From the NCBI GenBank assembly GCA_964384025.1, contig CAYLJJ010000001.1, forward strand, positions 103,601-167,600: a DNA stretch of 64,000 nucleotides. Reading direction: 5' to 3'. Each line of letters begins with the position of its first letter. Within the stretch, counting starts at the first letter, position 1. The translations under genes and the position numbers were made by a program. Shown piece after piece: positions 57,621-64,000 of the stretch. The stretch is from an uncultured Nannocystaceae bacterium (GTDB taxonomy: Bacteria > Myxococcota_A > Bradymonadia > UBA7976 > UBA1532). The notes under the pieces are model-generated. The model was not told the DNA's origin. It saw only the letters and a program-made list of their open reading frames with translations, and ran no database searches.

Positions 57621-58530
57621 GCCCAGGCCGAGTTACCCGCCCCATGATCATCTTGCCGCTCTTGAGATTGCGTAGGCGAATACGTTGACCCCGTCGCCCA
57701 TCCTCTTGAGCGATGCCCAGGGCGCTCAGCTCCAAACCCGCTTGACGAAAAAACATCCGTACTCGCTCTTTGCGACGGATCATCAAAGGGGGCCTGATCA
57801 TCTGCTGGGTCAAGGGTTGACCACGACGCAAGCTCCGCGTCGCCTCTCCCCGTTCAAAGGCGACCCCAGCGAGGATCGCGCCTCGGGGGAGGCGGCGGCT
57901 GCGCTGCCGTTTGATCTGAAGGTCGGCCCTTTGAACCGGCTCACCTCGTCGAATATGACGCGCAGGCACCAACAGCTCCACCCAAAGATCTGCGCGTACC
58001 CAGAGACGTCTACTCAGGCTGCGAGCCTCCCCCTCCACCGCCCAAAGCTGCACTGGAAAGACCCCAGGCTCTCCTTCAGCGAGGATCAGCTCCAGCTCTG
58101 CTCCCTCGGGGAGGAGCAGAGGAGAGAGCTGGGGTATCTGTAGCTCAGCCAGCTCCTCTGGGTTGGGCAAGCTGGCCTCGATATGCTCCTGGATCAACGC
58201 TTTAAGCTTTTTGCTGGAGATCTTCTGCCCTGGGCGCAGGAATGTGACCCGCCGAGGCGCCCTGAGTTGTACTCCAGGCAGCGCTCTACGGAGTCGATCC
58301 CTGAGATCTTTACGGCGGATGATCCGACGACCACCTAGGCGAGGCGCGGCTCCCAGATCAACGCGCTCCAAGGCAGCGCGTTGCTTGGGGCTCAGCCCTC
58401 GCGCGCGAGCGACCTCCGCCAGACGAATACGAGCGCCGCCCACCTTGATCTCTTTGGAGAAGCTGAGGCGGGGGCGAGCCTGGAGAGAGGCCAGAGGGAG
58501 GAGTGAAAGGAGAAGGATCAGGCGGCTCAT
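57601..58530 (-). CDS. flgA: flagellar P-ring assembly chaperone FlgA
   Basis: Signal peptide. SAF/FlgA C-terminal domain RGQPLTQQMIRPPLMIRRKERVRMFF...GIAQEDGRRGQRIRLRNLKSGKMIMGRV. Confidence 0.75.
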   Translation of the reverse strand: MSRLILLLSLLPLASLQARPRLSFSKEIKVGGARIRLAEVARARGLSPKQRAALERVDLGAAPRLGGRRIIRRKDLRDRLRRALPGVQLRAPRRVTFLRPGQKISSKKLKALIQEHIEASLPNPEELAELQIPQLSPLLLPEGAELELILAEGEPGVFPVQLWAVEGEARSLSRRLWVRADLWVELLVPARHIRRGEPVQRADLQIKRQRSRRLPRGAILAGVAFERGEATRSLRRGQPLTQQMIRPPLMIRRKERVRMFFRQAGLELSALGIAQEDGRRGQRIRLRNLKSGKMIMGRVTRPGHVRVGG

Positions 58531-59315
58531 CTCAGCCTCCCGATCTCACGCAGCATCTGATCTGAGGCTTGCACTGCCTTGCTGTTGAACTCAAAGGCGC
58601 GTTGAGCGCTGATGAGGTGGATCATCTCTTCTACTACAGTGACATTGGCTCCCTCTAGGAAACCTCCGCTGAGCTTGCCAAAGCCCTCTTCTCCAGGATT
58701 CCCCACTTGTGGGGCTCCGCTGGAGCCGCTCTCTCGGTAGAGGTTGCCTCCCATCGCCACCAGACCGCTGGGGTTGACGAAAGTGGCCAGCTGGAGCTGT
58801 CCCAGCTCAACAGGCTCTGCGTCAGCTCCCCCGACATAGCCCGTCACCGTGCCATCTTCACCAAACTCCAGACGTGACACCTCGGCGGGGATCTGGATAT
58901 TGGGATCGACGGGGTGCCCCTCGGCGTTGACCAGCTGGCCATTCTCATCGCGATCAAAAGCCCCATCGCGGGTGTAGGCCACGGTCCCATCAGGTTGGCG
59001 GATCTGGAAAAAACCCGTGCCCTCAATGGCCACATGTAGGCTGTTACCTGTGGGTTGCAGGCTGCCCTGAGTATACTCTCGTTGTGTCCCAGCCACGCGT
59101 ACACCCAGGCCCACTTGCACTCCAGAGGGAGAATCCACTCCCTCAGCGGTGGCTTGACCTGGAGCCTTCTGAATCTGATACATCAGATCTTGGAACTGAA
59201 CACGGGACTTCTTAAAACCGGTAGTGTTGACGTTGGCTAAGTTGTTAGCAGTTACATCGATATAGGTTTGCTGTCCAACCATCCCTGTCGCGGCTGAGTG
59301 TAGACCTTTTAACAT
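58527..59315 (-). CDS. flgG: flagellar distal rod protein FlgG
   Basis: N-terminus [38 protein letters not shown] and C-terminal ...[33 protein letters not shown]. Confidence 0.85.
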   Translation of the reverse strand: [262 protein letters not shown]

Positions 59316-59328
59316 AGCTGAAGCTCCT

Positions 59329-60096
59329 TTAACTCAGCCGCCCCACATCTCGAGCTGCCTGCTGGTCAAGCTCATTGTGGGTCTGTATTGCGCGGATGTT
59401 GTATTCAAATGTGCGGTTGGCCTTGATCAGATCAACCATCTGAGCCACCAAATTGAGATTGGGGCTCTCCACCATCCCTTGCTGTATGGAGGCAGAGCTC
59501 TCCTGTGGTTCAAGGCCCTCAGGGGCTCGCCAGAGGTTCCCACCCACGCGGATCAGCTTATCGGGATCCTCAAATCGCTTAACCCCGATCTGGCCCAAGA
59601 GAGTATCCTCATCTTCGATAGAGCCGTCGGGGGCGATAAAGAGATCACTGCCCTCACCCAGAGAGACAGGGCGTCCTGAGGTGTCTAAAACCGCCTGGCC
59701 GGAAGCGTTGATCAGGGTCCCTTCGTTGGATCGGCTGAAGCGCCCATCTCGGGTATAGAGCGGACCATCAGGGCCCTGGATGAGGAAGAAGCCCTCCCCC
59801 TCTAGAGCCAGATCGAGGTTGTTATCAGTTTTATGTAGGGGTCCCTGGTTCCAATCTGTGAATTGAGCGTGGACTTGAGCGGGGGTTCGATCGACAGGGA
59901 GGGTACGGGCAGGGTGATGGATCCCCATCGCCTGCCTGGGATCCCCGCGTGTGCTTTGATGGAAGATCTGCCGCCAGCGATTGTGCTGAGCTTTAAAGCC
60001 TGCGGTTTGAGCGTTGGCCATGCTGTTGGAGAGCGTATCGATGCGTTGATCCTGGACACGCGCGCCGCTCAGAGCTGTGTAAATCCCGCTGGCCAT
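59329..60096 (-). CDS. flgF: flagellar proximal rod protein FlgF
   Basis: N-terminus MASGIYTALSGARVQDQRIDTLSNSMANAQTAGFKAQ and C-terminal ...NLVAQMVDLIKANRTFEYNIRAIQTHNELDQ. Position upstream of flgG. Confidence 0.75.
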   Translation of the reverse strand: MASGIYTALSGARVQDQRIDTLSNSMANAQTAGFKAQHNRWRQIFHQSTRGDPRQAMGIHHPARTLPVDRTPAQVHAQFTDWNQGPLHKTDNNLDLALEGEGFFLIQGPDGPLYTRDGRFSRSNEGTLINASGQAVLDTSGRPVSLGEGSDLFIAPDGSIEDEDTLLGQIGVKRFEDPDKLIRVGGNLWRAPEGLEPQESSASIQQGMVESPNLNLVAQMVDLIKANRTFEYNIRAIQTHNELDQQAARDVGRLS

Positions 60097-60203
60097 GAGA
60101 CCTCCTCTGGGGAGGCTTTACGCAAGGGCTACGCCAGCACGGGAGGTTGAAGGATTTGGAATGAAGCGTCAGGAGGGTGACGGCGTTGACAGGAACCAAG
60201 CAG

Positions 60204-61196
60204 CTAAGAGCGCCTTCTCCGCAACCTGGGTACCTTAGCTTGGACCCGCCACCTCCCCCCTGTCGCCTCGTAGAAATTGAGCCGGAAAGGATCTGCATCT
60301 GCGCTGTGGCGAACCCACTCGGCGAGGCTGCGTCGCTGAGCGTCGATCTCCTCTTTAGAAGCAGGCGTGCTGCGTAGCCACACAAGCCCCAGAGTCCAGG
60401 AATCGGGAGCGGTCGAACCCAAGCTTTGGAGGCTTCGCCTTATGTGATGGAGGAGAGGGCTTTGACGAAGCTCCTGCTCCTCGTTGATCAGGATCGCTGC
60501 TCTGAGCCGCCGCCAGCGGGGTAGATGCTCTGCTCGATAGGGGGCTCTTGAGCCGGACTCGCGAGCGAAGAGACAGCTGCCCTCATAGGAGCGACTGGGG
60601 CTGAGCGCGCTGAGGAGGATCAGGAAATCCAGATCATCTTCTAAGAGTCTAGAGAGCCTCCGTGCCACCATCAGCCCTCCATGCGGTCCCTTGACAGGGG
60701 GTGCTCTCCAGAGCAGCAGATCGCCATGTTGGCTGAGGGTCTCATTGAGACGCCGGGGCTGCACAGGCCAGAGCGCCTCTGCGGCGCGAGTTTCAGGGAG
60801 GGCGGCGCACCAAGAGCGCCAAAGGCCATAGCTCTCCCTGCTCCTCTGTCGCTCCTCTTGGGCTAGGCTGATGCCAAAGCGGGCCTGAGCCAGAGGTTGA
60901 GCCCAGGGCTGCGCGCGCAGCGCCAGCAGTTCATGCGCTTCTCGCAGCTCAGCCCAGGCTCGATCAAGGCGAACAGCAGGTTCAGAGAGGCCACCACAGC
61001 TCAAGCTTCCTGGACGAAGACGTACCGCCTCTACGCTCTCCTCCCAACCTCGCCAAGCGGCTCGAAGCTGCCCCGTTTGAGCCAGCACTCTCTGGCGAGC
61101 CTGCTCAAAGAGTTTAGGAGCGAGATCTTGAGAGTTGGGTGGGGATGGTTGAGGAGTACCACAGCTGAGAAATAAGAGGAGAAGCGAGGCTCTCAT
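60204..61196 (-). CDS. hypothetical lipoprotein
   Basis: Start at Met30 (MRASLLLLFLSCGTPQP, lipobox LSCG) gives an ATGA overlap with the upstream gene. The track extension to 61283 would overlap it by 90 nt. Confidence 0.5.
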   Translation of the reverse strand: MRASLLLLFLSCGTPQPSPPNSQDLAPKLFEQARQRVLAQTGQLRAAWRGWEESVEAVRLRPGSLSCGGLSEPAVRLDRAWAELREAHELLALRAQPWAQPLAQARFGISLAQEERQRSRESYGLWRSWCAALPETRAAEALWPVQPRRLNETLSQHGDLLLWRAPPVKGPHGGLMVARRLSRLLEDDLDFLILLSALSPSRSYEGSCLFARESGSRAPYRAEHLPRWRRLRAAILINEEQELRQSPLLHHIRRSLQSLGSTAPDSWTLGLVWLRSTPASKEEIDAQRRSLAEWVRHSADADPFRLNFYEATGGRWRVQAKVPRLRRRRS

Positions 61197-62173
61197 GAGG
61201 AGGAGCGAGGAGGTTGCAGTAGGAGGGGCAGGAAAAGCAGTAAGAGCAACCAGGGGGCGGTGGAGCCCCGCCCCAGTGAACAAAACGCGGCCTCTTGCTC
61301 GCCGCTCGCTGAGAGATCCTCCACTTCAAAAGCAGCAGGCAGGCTCTGCTCGCTGCCGTTGGGGTTGCTCACTGTCAGGCTGCGAAATCCTGGTTGAGCT
61401 CCCTCCTCAACCTCTAAACTCCAACTGAGAATCACTACACCTGCGTCAGAGTCTCCAGGGATGAGCTTGGGTTCATCCAGGGCCAAGATCCCTCCGCCAG
61501 AGATACGTACCGCAGCACCACAGGCGAAGCCCCGACCCAAAATCTCCAGGCGCTGACGCTCTCCGGGCCTGAGCAGAGCTGGTCGCACCTCGCTCAGCTC
61601 AATCAGAGAGGTCTCTAGATCGGGACAGGGGCTCAGAGAAGGGAGGATAAGATCCCCTTCAGGTATCGAGGGTTGATCTTCTGGAATAAAGAGCTCCTCG
61701 ATCTGGAGATCCTGACTGAGGGTGCTATCGGAAGCACCAGCGTCCAGAGAGAGATCGAGAAGAGGACTCAGATCTTGAAGGGGGGCCATGGCGGGGGGCG
61801 CCAACACCTCCTCGACGATCTCCAACTTATTTAAACTGACAAAAGGCTGCTCATCGCTGGGGTTCCTAAGGCTCAGATCACGCGGTCCCAAAGGAGCATC
61901 TATAGCGATGTGAAGATGCACCTCCAAACCATCACCCATACGCTGCCCCTCATCACGATCAGCTTGAAGAACCACTCGGGGGGTTCCGATCACCTCGACT
62001 CCCTCTCCAGAGACCTCGACGCTGATCCCCTCCTGGAAGCCTCGACCCACGATCCAGACAGGGGCATCAGGGACCCCCCTGGGCTGAAGCCGCTCAGAGG
62101 CGCTGGTGACTCCATCTACTGCGGCTGCGGATAGGGGGAGGAGAGCGAGGAGGGAGACGATGAAACGCTGCAT
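61193..62173 (-). CDS. secreted protein with two IPT/TIG-like domains and a C-terminal hydrophobic tail
   Basis: Signal peptide MQRFIVSLLALLPLSAAA. Repeated blocks VWIVGRGFQEGISVEVSGEGVEV and LEILGRGFACGAAVRISGGGILAL. C-terminus ...GRGSTAPWLLLLLFLPLLLQPPRSSS. Confidence 0.5.
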   Translation of the reverse strand: MQRFIVSLLALLPLSAAAVDGVTSASERLQPRGVPDAPVWIVGRGFQEGISVEVSGEGVEVIGTPRVVLQADRDEGQRMGDGLEVHLHIAIDAPLGPRDLSLRNPSDEQPFVSLNKLEIVEEVLAPPAMAPLQDLSPLLDLSLDAGASDSTLSQDLQIEELFIPEDQPSIPEGDLILPSLSPCPDLETSLIELSEVRPALLRPGERQRLEILGRGFACGAAVRISGGGILALDEPKLIPGDSDAGVVILSWSLEVEEGAQPGFRSLTVSNPNGSEQSLPAAFEVEDLSASGEQEAAFCSLGRGSTAPWLLLLLFLPLLLQPPRSSS

Positions 62174-62188
62174 ATTTGAGTTTAGTGT

Positions 62189-62434
62189 TCAGAAGGCCTG
62201 CCCCTCAACGCTCTTAAGGATTCGGGGAAGGAAGCTCTTTTTGAGGCTGATCCGATCAAAGCCCAACTCGGTTCGCTGGAGGATATAGAAAGCTTCAGGG
62301 ACTTGAGGCTTCGCAAAGACTCGCAGCTCCTTGAACTGAACCACGCGATCTTTGGGGTTGGGCTTCTGAGCTTGGGTGATGGCAGGAAGAAGCAGGAGTG
62401 AGATGATCAGTAGGGCGCGCATCATGATCTCCAA
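62189..62434 (-). CDS. small secreted hypothetical protein
   Basis: Signal-like MRALLIISLLLLPAITQAQ. 81 codons. Weak support. Confidence 0.3.
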   Translation of the reverse strand: MEIMMRALLIISLLLLPAITQAQKPNPKDRVVQFKELRVFAKPQVPEAFYILQRTELGFDRISLKKSFLPRILKSVEGQAF

Positions 62435-62528
62435 TCGTGTGAGCCTAAGACTACCTCCTCTTCGACCCGTTCCTCGCGCTCTTTAAATGAGGGGTCTTCT
62501 TTTCTTTGAGCCTCTGTTACAAAGAAAA

Positions 62529-64000
62529 AATGAGTGCCTGGACCCTTGATCTTGGAACCACCCACAGCGCCATCGCTTGTTGGGACGAAGATGCAGAGCG
62601 CCCACATCTATTAGAGCTGCCCGAGATCTGTCGCCACCCAGGGCAGAATGATCCCCTCAAGGCCCCTCGAATGATCCCCTCAGCGGTGCAGGTTCGCGTT
62701 TTGCGAGGATTTTGGGATCGTCTGGGGGCCAACCGACTCTTTCAGCGTTATTTTTTCTGGGGCTGTCAGGGTCTGATCGGTCGTGCAGCCTTAGCGCAGA
62801 ATGAAGGCTGGACTCAACCCAGCTTTGCTCCCGGCTTTAAATCTGCGCTCTCTACCGATCCTCACCGCGTCCTCGCGCGCACACGAGGTAAGAGCTTTAT
62901 CGCTCGGGACATCGCCCGCATCTTTATGAGGGAGCTGCTTGTCCAGGTTCAGAGAAAGCGTGGAGAGCGTATCCGAGAGCTGGTGATCACCACCCCTGTT
63001 GAGTCCTACGACAGCTATCGAGCGGAGTTGATGCGGATCGCCCGGCTCCTGGGTATTCAGAAGCTGCGCTTCATCGATGAGCCGGTCGCCGCAGCCCTGG
63101 GTTATGGCCTGAGCCTCCGCGAAGATCGTCGTGTCTTGGTGGTGGACTTTGGGGGAGGCACCCTGGATCTCGCGGTGGTCTCCCTCTCTGCGCGAGAGAT
63201 GGAGGCGGGGCAAGCTCAGGTCCTGGCCAAGAGTGGACGGCCTCTGGGTGGGGACAGCGTGGATCAGTGGATCCTAGAGGAGATCAACGCTCGCTTAGAG
63301 CTGCCCAAGATGGAAGGAGCTAAGCGGGACCTAGAGCTCTGGCAGGGTTTGATGAAAGAAGAAGCGCGGCGAATTAAAGAGAGGCTACACTTCGAGCCCC
63401 AAGCCACCTTCTCCATCACCCCACCTGAGGAGTTTCGAGGCTTCCAAAACCAGATGGGAGCGCAGGCACGCTTCTTAGACTTTGAGCGTGAGGATCTGCT
63501 CGCTCTGCTCAAGCACCGAGGTCTCTACGATCTCTTGGAGGATTGCTGTCTGGAGATTGAGGGGCAGATAGATGAGAGCCTGGATGAGGTGCTCATGGTG
63601 GGAGGCTCCACCCTGCTGCCTCAAGTCTACAGCTTCTTTGAGAACCGCTATGGTCGCGATCGGGTGAGGGCTTGGCAGCCCTTTGAGGCGGTCACCTTTG
63701 GAGCCTGTGCTTTTGCAGCAGATCGCTTTGTTCAGTCCGATTTTGTGATCCATGACTACGCCATCCTCACCTTTGATCCCAAAAACCATGAGCGCATCTA
63801 CACTCCAGTGATCCGCAAAGGGACCCGTTTTCCAACTCCTATGGACTTTTGGAAGCGGCAGTTCGTCCCCACCTGCTCTTTGGGAGAACCAGAGCGCATC
63901 TTTAAGTTGATCATCTGTGAAATGGCTTCAGGAGCCCAGGAGGGCCTCTCCTTCGCCTGGGACGCCCAGGGTCAGCTCCATCGCTTAGAGGCTGGAGCCA
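62529..64000 (+). CDS. Hsp70-family (actin-like ATPase) protein, 3' partial
   Basis: ATG at 62529. LDLGTTHSAIA (phosphate-1), VLVVDFGGGTLDLAVVS (phosphate-2), LMVGGSTLLPQV (adenosine motif). The frame stays open to the window end and is not in the ORF track because it has no stop. Confidence 0.75.

Noticed and set aside
62791-63789. Minus-strand ORFs 62791-63213, 63264-63512 and 63475-63789
   Set aside because: They are antisense to the open Hsp70-like frame starting at 62529, which has clear ATPase motifs. They are shadow ORFs.

Overview
This is a high-GC (about 60% by eye), very tightly packed bacterial chromosomal window with roughly 53 genes, many translationally coupled by 1-4 nt overlaps. 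I found no rRNA, tRNA, CRISPR array or recognisable IS/transposase, but these were not searched exhaustively by hand. The content is dominated by signalling and envelope functions: three eukaryotic-like Ser/Thr kinases (two with PEGA domains), FHA, LysM, TPR, a thrombospondin-type-3 OmpA and an ECF sigma / anti-sigma pair. Housekeeping genes are ruvB, accC plus a 70-aa biotinyl carrier, an enoyl-CoA hydratase, an S41 peptidase and a 5' partial Hsp70-like gene at the right edge. A late flagellar cluster on the minus strand runs flgF-flgG-flgA-flgH-flgI-flgJ-flgM-flgN-flgK-flgL-csrA-fliW. The most notable points are: (1) a class I (E. coli CyaA-type) adenylate cyclase coupled by a GTGA overlap to fliW at the 3' end of that flagellar operon; (2) a class III adenylate cyclase - Ser/Thr kinase - LysM/FecR operon, with a nearby polytopic membrane protein carrying two cNMP-binding domains; (3) a 1759-aa secreted giant protein with 13 tandem ~70-aa Cys-rich MopE-like modules, a DUF1565-like beta-helix N-cap and a Gly-rich tail; (4) a hybrid histidine kinase whose 5' ~1.6 kb is far more AT-rich than the rest of the gene and window; (5) a stand-alone MshEN (c-di-GMP-binding) protein coupled to two orphan Opp/Dpp-type ABC ATPases; (6) a radical SAM/SPASM - GNAT - CE4 deacetylase - O-methyltransferase tailoring cluster; (7) an FlgJ rod-binding domain fused to an M23 peptidase. 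Coordinates follow the ORF track; starts that I moved are justified in the evidence field.
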